Virus record (IMG/VR): IMGVR_UViG_3300037440_000703
Span: 1 to 64,000 of that record
Reading direction: 5' to 3' (one strand)
Length of the DNA stretch: 64,000 nt
Source: a virus
Taxonomy: Duplodnaviria > Caudoviricetes
In this document: one piece after another, positions 25,499-36,100 of the stretch
Layout of the letters: each line of letters opens with the position of its first letter
Numbering within the stretch: the first letter of the stretch is position 1
The notes under the pieces: model-generated
The model's input: the letters and a program-made list of their open reading frames with translations, nothing else
What the model was told of the DNA's origin: nothing
Databases searched by the model: none
Made by a program: the position numbers and the translations under genes

Positions 25499-27983
25499 CC
25501 GTGACAGCGAGATCCCAGCCGACGAGGCGCAGTTCACCGGCTCCACGGGCACGTTCGACACCCCGCCGCCGTGGGGCACGCCGGTCGTCGGCGAGCAACC
25601 CGACCCGGACAGCCGTCTCGTGGTCATCCAACCTGGCGACACCTACCGGCCGATCCTCCACATCGCCCACAGTGGCAGCCCGATCGAAATCAGCTCGGCC
25701 GACACCACGCTGTGCCGGCTCGAGCTGGGAGCCGACGGACGGTGGACCGCCGCCTACGACCCGGCCCGCGTGGACGAGGCGGCGCGGGTGTTCCTCGACG
25801 CGGTCACGTCCGTCGGACGGCCGACCTCGACGAAGCGGAAGGTGTGACCCGTGGACGGCTTCCCCACCGCCCGGACCTCCGCCGACCCGCCGCCCGCAGA
25901 CCTGCGCGACGAGGTGCTCGCACGACTGGACGACACACCTCTCGCGACCGCCGTCCGCCTTGCCGTCGGCGAATGGCATCCGGACGCCGTGCCGTCAGGC
26001 GACTTCTCGCGCGGCTACATGCACGCCCTCGGCTGTCTGACGTTCGCTGTCGCCGAGAATCTCGGGATCGACACCGGGCCGTGGCGGGTACAGCCGTGAC
26101 GGCCGACCTCGACGAAACGAAAGGCGCGACCATGACCGTGTTCCTCGTGTCCGACGGCGAACACGACGACTACCGGGTGCGAGCCCTGTTCGCAGACCGG
26201 GCGGACGCCGACAGGTACGTCACCGAACTCGGCGGCAGAGTCGAAGAATTCCCTCTCGTCGGCCGGCTCGGAGGCGCCCCGGCGCGGCTCTACGTCGCCG
26301 AAGGGTCCGTGCCTCGGGAGGACTTGCTCCCGCACCCGGCCGCCGGGCCGCTCGGGCGCAGCCCCGTCGTGATGACACGACAGGTCTGGCCCGGGGCGAC
26401 CGGCCCGGCGGCCGGCGAGATCGCGGTGGACGCCTACGTCGTGAACTCCCCGGGGTACGGCCCGCTGGCTCACATCGAAGTGGTCGGCTACGACGAGGCG
26501 GCGGTGCGGGCGCGGTACGCCGAAGTGGCGGCCGAGAAGCGCCGAGAGGTGGCCGGCATGCCCGACCTCCGGCAGCCGCACGCCGCGCCGCCGCCGCCCG
26601 GTCTGGCTCGCGGCGGGTTCGTGCGCTACGACGAGTCCGGGGTCGACGTCAGCACGATGGGCTGAGAGGGCGACGATGACTGACTGCGAACTTGAGCCCG
26701 TACCAGACTGGTGGGAGGCCGCCCGGCTGCGAGGCGACCCGGTCGTAGGGGAGACCTTCCGCGATCTCGCAGCCGCGTCGATGGCCGTCGGCGACCCTGC
26801 CGCGAGCGAGGCGGCGGCACGCCGGCTGCGGCAGTTGTTCCCCGACCTGCCCGACGGGACGGCGCCGTGACGATCTACACCACGACCCCGGACAGCTTGG
26901 CCGACGTCCACGGCACGCTGGTCGACTACGCCGGCATGACCGGCTACGGCGACCCGACCGAAATGTGGGGCCGCGCCCACTGGCGGGGACGCCACGCCGG
27001 AACACACCAAACCCACGCGAAGGTGTGCGCCGTCTCCGAGCACGGTGTCGAACGGTTCCGCTGCCACTGCCGGGCGGGTGCCGGGCAGTGCTGCGAGCAC
27101 GCCGACCGGGAAGACGCGCTCTGCGAGCCGTGCCGCCGCTGGTGCAGGACGAAGGTCGCCCCGTGAGCTGGACCGCGTACGGGGTGACCGCCGACGGCAC
27201 CCGCGTACCGCTGGCTGTCACCGCCGAAACCGGCGCGACCGGGCTGACGATCCCCTCCGTCGTCACCGACGGGCAGGCGTTCGACCGGGTGGTGGTCGAC
27301 GTGGCGCCCGACGTGCCGGCGCTCGAGACGACGGGCCGAGTCCGGGTCGTCCCGACGACGCCCGCCCATCCTGACGCGAGCCTGTGCCCGAACCGCCTCG
27401 ACGTGACCGACCCCTTCATGAAGACCGCCGAGTACGTCTGCGGGTGCTGGCCTGACGGCCGGACGGAAGGTGTGTGGTGACGGCCAGCAGCCACGAGACG
27501 TGGGTCAGAGAAGCGTGGGCCAGGGTCGGCGTCTCACCTGACGACCCGTGGGACGTGAGAATTGACGCGCTCGACACCTACTCCCGGTCGGCCGACCCTG
27601 CCGACCTGACCGTGTTCGGGCTGATCACCGGCATCGACATGACACGCCCGCCCCCGTCGAACGACAGGCCGCCGGACCGGTTCGCACCGCCCGCCGACCA
27701 GCTTGCCGCCGAACGGCCCCGAAGGCAGCCCGGCGACCTCGACCCGGACGACCTCGTACCCGGACTGGTCGTGCTCTGGCACAGCCCGGTCGGGGCCAGC
27801 CGCCACCGAATCCTCGCGGCGCCCGAAGACGGCTGGGTGCGGATGGTCCACCTCCCCGACTGGCTTCCCGGCGAACCTGCGTCTCCGGCCTGGCTGGCGG
27901 ACATGGGGATGGCGCCGTACCCGGACGGGACGTGGCGGACGATCTGCCGGGTGACAGCGGACAGGAGTGGCGACGATGCCTGA
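25491..27983 (+). other. Seven small hypothetical genes (25491-25847, 25851-26099, 26132-26665, 26676-26870, 26867-27166, 27163-27480, 27477-27983)
   Basis: Tightly packed or coupled ORFs with coding-like composition. Confidence 0.55.
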
Positions 27984-28503
27984 GCCTGACCCGCTGGTTG
28001 TGTTTCTCCGGAAGCGGATATCCGAAGACGTGGCCGCCGCCCGTGCCGCCTACCGGCCGGGTGGCGACGGCCCGTGGACCGTGGACGTCAGCCCGTCCGG
28101 TCGTGCCACCGTCTGGCAGCGACGGCCCGAACGGGAAGCCGCCAGCACCCTGCCCCCGGACGTCCATCTCGCACCCGTGGTCGGCACGGCGCAGATCGAC
28201 AACGGCCGGGAGGTCTGCGAGCACGTCGCCCGCCACGGTCCGGCGCGTGTCCTCGCCGAGGCTGTCGTGAAAACCGCGATCCTCGACCTTCACGAGCCCA
28301 CGCGTTACTACGCGGCCGACCCCAGGCAGGGCGGGGCGGACGGCTACGCGCAGATGTGCAGCGAGGATGTGAGCAACGACCGGGAGTACGGCGCCGACGG
28401 CGAATGGCCGTGCCAGACGGTGCTCCTGCTCGCCCAGCCGTACCGGCAGGGTCCGGACGGACAGCCCCACCCTGACTGGCGGGACGAATGGACGATCAGA
28501 TGA
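27976..28503 (+). CDS. DUF6221-family phage protein
   Basis: LVVFLRKRISED..HVARHGPARVLAE..KTAILDLH..WPCQTVLLLAQPY..HPDWRDEW. Confidence 0.75.
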   Translation: MPEPDPLVVFLRKRISEDVAAARAAYRPGGDGPWTVDVSPSGRATVWQRRPEREAASTLPPDVHLAPVVGTAQIDNGREVCEHVARHGPARVLAEAVVKTAILDLHEPTRYYAADPRQGGADGYAQMCSEDVSNDREYGADGEWPCQTVLLLAQPYRQGPDGQPHPDWRDEWTIR

Positions 28504-30128
28504 CCGACCCCGAAGGCCGTGTCGCCGCCGTCGGCATGCGGAACGGTTCGCCGCGCCGCGTGACGGTCGAGACGATCCGGTCCGCGATCCAACTGGCACG
28601 CGACGAGGCTGTCGAAGACGGGACCTGGCACGTCACCAGCATCGAAGTCGACGGCCAGACGGTGATGGAAACCGACGAGATCTGGGCTCGGGCGTTCTGG
28701 GGCTGCTACCACGACCTGCCGCGCGAGCCGGAGGAGTGGGCTCGCCGTGCTGCGGTGCCGCGTGGCGAGGTCGACCGTTCGGAGTGCCGCCGGTGCGGGG
28801 AGGTGGGCGTCACGCCGCCCGGCACGAGACGGCGAAGGCAGGTAGGGACGTCGTCGTGCCACTGCGGTTCTGGTGGTGGCGGGAGGGCATTCCCACGTTG
28901 GACGACGACGTGCCGCCGATTCCTGGCGTGCGGATGCTGGCGGTAGCGCTGGCCGTGCCGGGCGGGGCGGACCGATGACTGACGACGTCGTCTACCTGGC
29001 TGCCACGGCCGCGTCCGCCCTGTCGGCCGCGTCCCTGCTTCTGTCCGCACCGAACTCCCGGCACCGCAGGCACGACGATCTGCTGTCCGTTCAACTCGCG
29101 GCGGCCGTCGCCTCCGGCAGCCCGTCCAGCTGGGGTGTCGCACTGTCGGCGGCTCTCGACGGGGTGGATGCCACGGTCTGTCGTGTGCGGGAGCACGTCG
29201 AAACGCTCCCTGTCTCGAGAGACGGCGACGATGACTGACGACGGCTGGGAGTCCCGCATGTCCGCCCGCGCCTACGAGCGGGACCGGACCCGTGTCGAGC
29301 GCGAGCGTGGCATCCCCGACCCGGTCGACCCGCCGGACGACGGCACCTGCCGGGACTGTTACGAATGGCGGTACTACCCGGTAGGCCAGCGGCATTTCGG
29401 TCAGGCGTGGTGGCGGACCTGCGAACACGACGGCAGCAGATGCGACCATCCGCATCATCTCGAGGAAGTGTGGATCGCGTAGTGGGCATGCAGATCGTCA
29501 AGTGCGCGCGGGACGAAGACCTGTACCTCGAATGGTCGTCGGTCACCGAGACGCCCACCTGCGTCGGCACCCGCGCGGAGATGCACGCCTACCTGACGTC
29601 GAACCCCAGCCGTCCGCCCGGCTACGCAGACAGGGTGCTGGCGCTGGTCGACGAGCACGGCACATCGGCACCTCACCTCGGTTGCACGTGGACCAGCGAG
29701 GGGGAGCGGTACCAGAACGGCGGGCGGTTGCCGCGTGAGCGGATGGCCGAATGCGCGCGGCGCCTGCTGGACGCCGAGCCGACGGCGTCACCGGACGTCT
29801 TGATTGCCGACCTGCTCGTGCCGATCGACTACGGGGAGGCTGTGTGACGACCTGCGGCGCCTGCCACGACGACGTCGTGCCCGCCGACGTGTCCCCGCGC
29901 GGAAGCTGGTCGTGCCCCACCTGCCGCAGCCGTTTCGGCTCGCCCGCGCACCAGCCGCCGGACCCCGGCACGGCCCGGCCCGGGTCGTGGCGGATCGTCC
30001 GTGCGTCCTGCGCCTGCGGCGGACGGTGGGCGTGGCTACGCGCCCGCGAGTCCGGCGCGTGGGAGATGCAAGGCTGTGTGTGCCACCATCCGTGGACACT
30101 TGCGCTACGGGCAGGAGTCCGAACGTGA
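28500..30128 (+). other. Five small hypothetical genes (28500-28946, 28975-29238, 29231-29482, 29488-29847, 29844-30128)
   Basis: Coupled ORFs; several CxxC motifs. Confidence 0.55.
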
Positions 30129-30907
30129 CCGACAGCCTGCCGCCCGGTTTCGAGATCGCACTCGTACCCGTCGACCCGCACAACACCACCCGCTACGTCC
30201 TCGAAGCCGAAGGGCAACCGACCCGCACCCGCGACGAGGTGCTCGCCGAAGCGTGGGCCGACCACCGACGCAGGCTCGTCGAACAGCACCTCCGCGACGC
30301 CGCCCGGCCGCCGAAGGACCTACCCGGCACGTGGCCCGCCGACATTGCCGCCGAGGTGCGCAGGTTGGGCGCGTTCCGAGTCGGTGGCGACCTCGTCAAG
30401 GCGTACCTGCGGGTTTTCCCCGAAGACGCCGACCGGGTCGCCCACGCGCTGGCCACCGGCGACCTGACCGGCCTGCGGGAGCTGTCCGACCCGGAATGGC
30501 GGGACGAGGCGTACGTCTACTGGCTTCGCGAGCACCCGTACGGCGGTGATTCGGCGGCCGTCCGGGTGCGGCGCACCGACCGGAAGTTCCGCCACGAGTT
30601 CGCCGGACCCTTCGAGCGGTATCCGGACGTCGAACGCGGCGGGCAGACGTGCGCTCCGACGTTCACCGTCGGCGGCCGGGACGTGGTCGCCGAACTGGAA
30701 GCCGACAGCGGCTACGTCGTGTGGGTGACGTTGAACGGGGAGCCGCTGGCCACCGGCAGGCTGTCCGTCGGCTACGGCAGCCGGGCCTTCTCCGGTCTGA
30801 CGCCGGGCGACTCGGACCGGCTCTTTGTCGCGGACGTCGACCTGATGGTCGCGACACTCGGAGTCGACGACGGGCAGCAGGTGACATTCGTCGTCCAGCA
30901 GGTCTGA
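30125..30907 (+). CDS. Hypothetical protein
   Basis: 260 aa, SD AGGAG. Confidence 0.65.
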   Translation: MTDSLPPGFEIALVPVDPHNTTRYVLEAEGQPTRTRDEVLAEAWADHRRRLVEQHLRDAARPPKDLPGTWPADIAAEVRRLGAFRVGGDLVKAYLRVFPEDADRVAHALATGDLTGLRELSDPEWRDEAYVYWLREHPYGGDSAAVRVRRTDRKFRHEFAGPFERYPDVERGGQTCAPTFTVGGRDVVAELEADSGYVVWVTLNGEPLATGRLSVGYGSRAFSGLTPGDSDRLFVADVDLMVATLGVDDGQQVTFVVQQV

Positions 30908-30920
30908 GCACCCGGACCGT

Positions 30921-30955
30921 CCCGCGTAGGGAGACGTACTGACGCTCTACGCGGG
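30921..30955 (+). terminator. Intergenic hairpin
   Basis: CCCGCGTAG..CTACGCGGG. Confidence 0.5.
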
Positions 30956-30975
30956 CCGCGTGCCAAACTGGCCGT

Positions 30976-31758
30976 GTGACCAGCCCGCCGTCCGCCCGCC
31001 GAAGGGTGCCGCGCGGCCTGCTCTCCCTCCTCGCCCCGCTGTGGCTGACCGCGTTCCTCACCGCAGGTGTGTGGCTGGCCGCAGGCGTCGCCGCCGCGCT
31101 CGTCACCCTCGGCGTGGTCGGTACTGGGGCGCTGCTCGCCGCCGACTGGGTGTTGGACGACCCGGACCCGCCCGCAGCCCAGCCCGACCGCGCCGAACCT
31201 TCCCCACCGCGACGGTGGACGGTGCCGGCCAGCCAGCCCGAACGGCAGCCTGCGGCGCGCCGTCTAACGGCCCGCCTCCGACAGCTTGGAGCTTCCGTGC
31301 CCCGACCGCGTCCCGTCCCGCGCGCCCGCTACCTGCTCGCCGGGGCGGTGGGAATGCTGGTCGCCGCAATGCTCTTACTGGTCGCCGTCCAGAGTCCGGC
31401 GCAGGCCGAGACGTCGACCACCGCGCCGATGACGATCACGATGGAGGAGGCCGGGGACGGGCTCACCCTCGTCGGCGACGACGGGCCGGAGAACGACAGC
31501 ATCCTGCTGGTCAAGGACCATCTCGACCAGCCGATCTTCTCGATCCTCGAAGCCGGCGGCGCGGCCGTGCTAGGCGACGACTTCCGGATCTTGGACCCGA
31601 ACTTGCACGCCCGGGTCACGCTCAGCATGTACGAGCCGAACCCGGCCGTGTGCGTGGCTAACGGTCTGCTGTGGATCGGCGGTGCGGACGGCCGGGTCTG
31701 GCGTTGCGCCGACCTGGACGGCGGGACGTGGAACGGCGCCTGGTGGGTGGCGCTGTGA
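30976..31758 (+). CDS. Membrane/exported protein (2 TM, Pro linker, signal-peptide-like segment, extracytoplasmic domain)
   Basis: Hydrophobic N-terminus; RARYLLAGAVGMLVAAMLLLVAVQSPAQA. Confidence 0.65.
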   Translation: MTSPPSARRRVPRGLLSLLAPLWLTAFLTAGVWLAAGVAAALVTLGVVGTGALLAADWVLDDPDPPAAQPDRAEPSPPRRWTVPASQPERQPAARRLTARLRQLGASVPRPRPVPRARYLLAGAVGMLVAAMLLLVAVQSPAQAETSTTAPMTITMEEAGDGLTLVGDDGPENDSILLVKDHLDQPIFSILEAGGAAVLGDDFRILDPNLHARVTLSMYEPNPAVCVANGLLWIGGADGRVWRCADLDGGTWNGAWWVAL

Positions 31759-32018
31759 CCGCGACAGCCGTCGAACCTGTCGACCTCGGCCACGACCACA
31801 GGTTGGAATGGCGCCGGGTCGACGGCGTGCTGTACGGCGCGAACGTCGAGCACCTCGGCAAGGACGGCCAGCCGTGCCCCTACGGGTGGATCCACTTCGA
31901 CCAGCCTGACGGCTGGACGCTTGAAGCGGAAGACCCGCCGACGGTGTCGCCGTCAGTGCTGTGCACAGCCTGCGGCGACCACGGGTTCGTCAGGGCCGGA
32001 CGGTGGATCAATGCGTAG
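31755..32018 (+). CDS. DUF6527-like protein
   Basis: WTL..PPTVSPSVLCTACGDHGFVRAGRW. Confidence 0.7.
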   Translation: MTATAVEPVDLGHDHRLEWRRVDGVLYGANVEHLGKDGQPCPYGWIHFDQPDGWTLEAEDPPTVSPSVLCTACGDHGFVRAGRWINA

Positions 32019-32027
32019 GATAGATCC

Positions 32028-32558
32028 GTGGTTTCAGACGTCAAACGGTGCAGTAAATGCAGTCTTGAGCTTCCCGTTGAGCGCTTCGTGCGCATCAAGC
32101 GTCGCGGCAAGGACACCCTTTCTTCGTGGTGCAAGTCTTGTCGAGCGAAAGCTGAAGCCGAATGGCGGGCAAATAATCAAGAGAAGGTGCGCGAGCAGGA
32201 GCGACGTCGAAGCCAGCGCCGCCGTGAATCACCGGAGTGGAAGGAGTACCACCGAGAATGGCACCGACGGTACCGTCAAACAGCGAATGGCAAGAGAGAG
32301 CTTAGAGCGACACGGCTCCGTACCTACGGCCTTGCCCTGGACGACTACGACTGCATGTTGGATGGGCAGGGTGGAGTCTGCGCGATATGTGCAAAACCTC
32401 CGGCCACTGGACATCTTCACGTCGACCACGACCATGCCACGGGCAGCGTACGCGCCCTTCTGTGCGCACCTTGCAATCAAGGCCTCGGGTCGTTTGGCGA
32501 CGATGCGGCAAGGTTGCGCGCAGCGATCGACTATCTCGAGAAGCACGCCGCGCTCTAG
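32028..32558 (+). CDS. Endonuclease VII-family (His-Me) free-standing endonuclease
   Basis: KRCSKC..F..WCKSC; YGL..DY..QGGVCAIC..LHVDHDHATGSVRALLCAPCNQGLG; visibly lower GC. Confidence 0.88.
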   Translation: MVSDVKRCSKCSLELPVERFVRIKRRGKDTLSSWCKSCRAKAEAEWRANNQEKVREQERRRSQRRRESPEWKEYHREWHRRYRQTANGKRELRATRLRTYGLALDDYDCMLDGQGGVCAICAKPPATGHLHVDHDHATGSVRALLCAPCNQGLGSFGDDAARLRAAIDYLEKHAAL

Positions 32559-32591
32559 CACTGGGCGTGGCGGCGGCAAATGGGTTCCGGC

Positions 32592-32840
32592 ATGACCAAC
32601 CCCGCTGGCGCGTACGTCGCCGCCGCCGCTGTCCGGATGGCCAGAGCCGTCCACACCTCGGCCGTTCGTGCGGGCGCCGACCTCGACCGGCTGCTCGACT
32701 CCGAAGAGTTCGCCGCGCGGCTGACCGGCCTCGAGCCGCTGGCGACGTCGCCGGCCTTCGAGGACGTGGTGGGCGCGGTCGTCGCCGACTTCGTGGCCGG
32801 ACGGCCTCACCTCCGACCTGCGGGAGGCGCACAGCCGTGA
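32592..32840 (+). CDS. Hypothetical protein resembling the C-terminal part of actinophage scaffold proteins
   Basis: GADLDRLLDSEEFAARLTGLEP..FEDVV. Confidence 0.5.
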   Translation: MTNPAGAYVAAAAVRMARAVHTSAVRAGADLDRLLDSEEFAARLTGLEPLATSPAFEDVVGAVVADFVAGRPHLRPAGGAQP

Positions 32841-33214
32841 GCGACCACCGGATGGCCGGACGTACCGGCGGCGCCAGCGGCGTGGCCACCTTCTGCTCCT
32901 GCGGCCTCGCCTACTGGGCTACCAGCGTCGGCGAGGCCGACGACCGCTGGCAGGCCCACCGCGACGAACAGACGACAGCCGGACCGGTCGAGGTGACCGT
33001 CGTCGACGTCCGACCCGGCGACACGCTCGTCCTGCGCTGCGACCGCCTGCTGTCCGACGACGAGTACGACGACCTTCAAGCACGCTTCCGCGCCCAGTAC
33101 GGACCGGACGTGAAAATCGTGGTCCTCGAAGGCGGTATGCGCCTGGAAGGAATAGTCGGCGGACTGTTCGCCGATCACGTCAGCCCGACCCCGGCCGGCG
33201 AGGACCCGACGTGA
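32837..33214 (+). CDS. Hypothetical protein
   Basis: SD GGAGG; coupled to portal. Confidence 0.6.
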   Translation: MSDHRMAGRTGGASGVATFCSCGLAYWATSVGEADDRWQAHRDEQTTAGPVEVTVVDVRPGDTLVLRCDRLLSDDEYDDLQARFRAQYGPDVKIVVLEGGMRLEGIVGGLFADHVSPTPAGEDPT

Positions 33215-35448
33215 GACCGCTCCTCTCCGCGTTCCGGAACGCCCGCGCCACCGAGCAGGTGAAAACCCCGGTCCCCTACAGCCCGCGGTACGCCAGCGGC
33301 GGCTACGGCGGCATGCTCGCACCGTCCGGCGACGAACAGCAGATGCGCGCCATGGGCGGCAACGGCACCCTGTTCGCCATAGTCGACGCTTTCGCCACGG
33401 CGGCGGCCGGTGTGGACTGGCACCTGTACCGCACCCTGCCCCCCGGCACGCCGGAAGACACCGAACGGGAACCGGTCACCGCCCACGCCGCCCTCGACCT
33501 GTGGACTCAGCCGACCGGGCCGAAAGGGCCGTACGACCAGCCCCTGTTCGTCAAAACGATCACCCAGCATTTGGAGTTGGTCGGCACCGCGTTCGTCGTC
33601 GTCGACCGGACCGGCGGGCTGCCGCTACGCCTGTGGCCGGTCATGCCCCACCGCATGGAACCGGTGGCCGACCCGCAGAAGTTCATCGCCTCCTGGATCT
33701 ACCACGGGCCGGGCGGCGAACAGGTGCCGCTCGCCAACGAGGTGGTGATCCGGCTGGTGCAGACACCCTGCCCGTGGGACCCCTACCGGGGGATGGGTGC
33801 CGTCCAGTCGGTGATGACCGCCCTGTCCGGTTCGGCGGCAGCGGAGGAATGGCACCGCCAGTTCTTCCGCAACTCGGCCCGCCCGGACGGTGTCGTCACC
33901 GTGCCGAACCATCTTTCCGACGAGGAGTTCGACGAGTTCAACCTGCGCTGGCAGGAAGCCCACCGGGGGGCGGGGAACGCCTGGAAAGTGGCGTTCCTCG
34001 AATACGGCGCCGACTGGAAACCGACCGGCTACAGCCCCCACGACATGATGTTCGTGGACTTGCAGAAGTACGACGGGGAGAAGGTCCGCGAGGCGTCCCG
34101 TGTCTCCGACACTGTGGTCGGGAAAGGGCAGGCGCTCAACCGGGCCACCGCCGAAGCGCAGGCGTTCCAGTTCTTGGACGGCCTCGTCGTGCCACGGCTC
34201 ACCGCCGTGTGGAAGAAAGGGCTGCTCAACGGCCGGCTCCTGCCCATGTACGGGCCGACCGGGGTCGGTGTCGAATTCGACTTCACCTCGCCGGTGCCGG
34301 AGGACAAGGAGGCTCGGGACCGGAACGTGGTCGCCACCGCCGCCGCGTACAAGGATTTCGTGGACGCCGGGGTCGACCCGTCCGACGAGAAACTGCTCCG
34401 GCATCTCGGCCTGCCCGACATGAAGCGGGCACCCAAACCGGACCCGCCGCCCCAGCTTCCGCCGCCGCCCGCCCCCGGCCAGCCCGTGCCGGCCGAGCCG
34501 GACGACGACGGCGACCCGCTGGCCGCGCTGCTGCCCCCGCACCTGCGCGAGCTGGTCGCGGCGCTGGCCGCGTCACCCCGCTACCGGGCCATGGCCCGGT
34601 ACGCGCGGGACCGTGTCCTCGTCGAGGTCCTCCTCAAGGACCGGGCTGCCGGCGCCGACCGGCCGCCGGCTCTTCCGCCTGCCGGGCTCGACGTCCGCGC
34701 GGAGGCCGACCCCGGCGCGCCGGACCTGTCCGGGGTGCTGGCCGACCTGGAACGGCAGCTCGCCGACCTGGAAGACACCTTCCGGGCGGTCCGCTACACG
34801 CAGGTAGACAGCTTGGTCACGCAGGTGGAGCGGGCGGTGGACGACGACGACCTGGAAGCGCTGGCCGCGATCGCCGTCCCGCTGGCGCTGCGGGGCGCGG
34901 ACGTGGTCGAACTGGCACTGGTACGGCTGGCGTCGACCGCGTCCGAACGGGCGTCCGGCGAGGTGGCCGGCGACGTGGTGGTGGACGCGGACGAGGTGGC
35001 CGACGAGGTGGAGTCCATGTCCGAACTGCCCGGGGTGGCGTCTGCGGTGGCCGCGCTGGTCGCCGCCGACCTGGCCCTGTCCGCCGTCCGGGAGGCGGTC
35101 CGGTTGTGGACGCCGGGGGTGCCCGGGTCGCAGGTAGCGCGCGGGGTGCGGACGTTTTTGGACGGCCTGAAAGGTGTCGAACGGCTGGCGGCGTTCGGGG
35201 CGGCGTTGCACCGGGCGACCAACGTCGGGCGGGGTGCGGCGTTCACGGTGGCGTTGCGGGAGAAGCCGGGCGGGCGGGCTGTTGCCAGTGAGGTCAACGA
35301 CCGGCGGACCTGCCCGCCGTGTTCCGCCGTCGACGGCCGGGTGTTCGCGTCGGTGGAGGACGCGCTGGCCGTGTACGGGGCTGGCGGCTATCCGTGGTGC
35401 GAAGGCGGACGCCGCTGCCGGGGCACTTTTTACGTGAGTTGGAGTTGA
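33211..35448 (+). CDS. HK97-type portal protein fused to a MuF-like (minor head) domain
   Basis: HLELVGTAF..LWPVMP..DPYRGMGAV..FFRNSARPDGVV..HRGAGNAWK; C-terminal DRRTCPPC..DG..CEGGRRCRGT. Confidence 0.88.
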   Translation: MRPLLSAFRNARATEQVKTPVPYSPRYASGGYGGMLAPSGDEQQMRAMGGNGTLFAIVDAFATAAAGVDWHLYRTLPPGTPEDTEREPVTAHAALDLWTQPTGPKGPYDQPLFVKTITQHLELVGTAFVVVDRTGGLPLRLWPVMPHRMEPVADPQKFIASWIYHGPGGEQVPLANEVVIRLVQTPCPWDPYRGMGAVQSVMTALSGSAAAEEWHRQFFRNSARPDGVVTVPNHLSDEEFDEFNLRWQEAHRGAGNAWKVAFLEYGADWKPTGYSPHDMMFVDLQKYDGEKVREASRVSDTVVGKGQALNRATAEAQAFQFLDGLVVPRLTAVWKKGLLNGRLLPMYGPTGVGVEFDFTSPVPEDKEARDRNVVATAAAYKDFVDAGVDPSDEKLLRHLGLPDMKRAPKPDPPPQLPPPPAPGQPVPAEPDDDGDPLAALLPPHLRELVAALAASPRYRAMARYARDRVLVEVLLKDRAAGADRPPALPPAGLDVRAEADPGAPDLSGVLADLERQLADLEDTFRAVRYTQVDSLVTQVERAVDDDDLEALAAIAVPLALRGADVVELALVRLASTASERASGEVAGDVVVDADEVADEVESMSELPGVASAVAALVAADLALSAVREAVRLWTPGVPGSQVARGVRTFLDGLKGVERLAAFGAALHRATNVGRGAAFTVALREKPGGRAVASEVNDRRTCPPCSAVDGRVFASVEDALAVYGAGGYPWCEGGRRCRGTFYVSWS

Positions 35449-35495
35449 GCGTGCCCGACCCGGTCGTCGCACGGGGCCGAGGGCGAGGACGACGA

Positions 35496-35780
35496 GTGAC
35501 CCGCCCGCCGTACGTCGCCGCGCACGTCCACTACGTCGAGCCAGGATTCCCTGGCGGTCCGCCCGAATGCCGGGCAGCGGTGGTAACCGGCGTGCTCAGC
35601 TACGACGGTCTCGTCAACCTGACCGTGTTCGGCGAAGGCCGGATCGGCTACGCGCACGCGGTGCTCCCCGAGCAGCACGCCGGGCGGGGCAACCCGTGCG
35701 GGTGGGGCGGCTGCGGCGGCGTCGGCTATCCCGAGGACACCTGGCACTGGCCGGTCGTGCCGGTCGGAAGCGAGCCGTAG
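35496..35780 (+). CDS. Conserved actinophage protein (VHYV..CRAA.VT..TWHWP family), copy 1
   Basis: Motifs shared with 36187-36453. Confidence 0.65.
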   Translation: MTRPPYVAAHVHYVEPGFPGGPPECRAAVVTGVLSYDGLVNLTVFGEGRIGYAHAVLPEQHAGRGNPCGWGGCGGVGYPEDTWHWPVVPVGSEP

Positions 35781-36100
35781 TGGAAGTCCTCGACGTCTCC
35801 GACCGGGAATTCTGGCCGCCCCGCGTAGACGACGGGATAGTGCTGGCCTGCGAATGGCTGGCCGCCCACGGCGTGGACGCCGCCGACGTCCGCCGTGTCG
35901 AGCTGCACGTCGTCGACTGCGCCTTGCTCCGCGTGTTCCGGTACGCGCGGAACGAAGACGGGGAGCGGTTCGCCGACCCGAAGTCGCTCGTAGACGGCAT
36001 GTTCGCAGCCGACAGCCGTATCGCCGAACTGCCCCCGTTGGACGTCGCGCTGCGAATACCACCACCCGTGCCGCTGCGAACTGTCGGACCCGAAGACTAG
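35780..36100 (+). CDS. Hypothetical protein
   Basis: CEWLAAHGVD..YARNEDG; coupled. Confidence 0.6.
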   Translation: MEVLDVSDREFWPPRVDDGIVLACEWLAAHGVDAADVRRVELHVVDCALLRVFRYARNEDGERFADPKSLVDGMFAADSRIAELPPLDVALRIPPPVPLRTVGPED

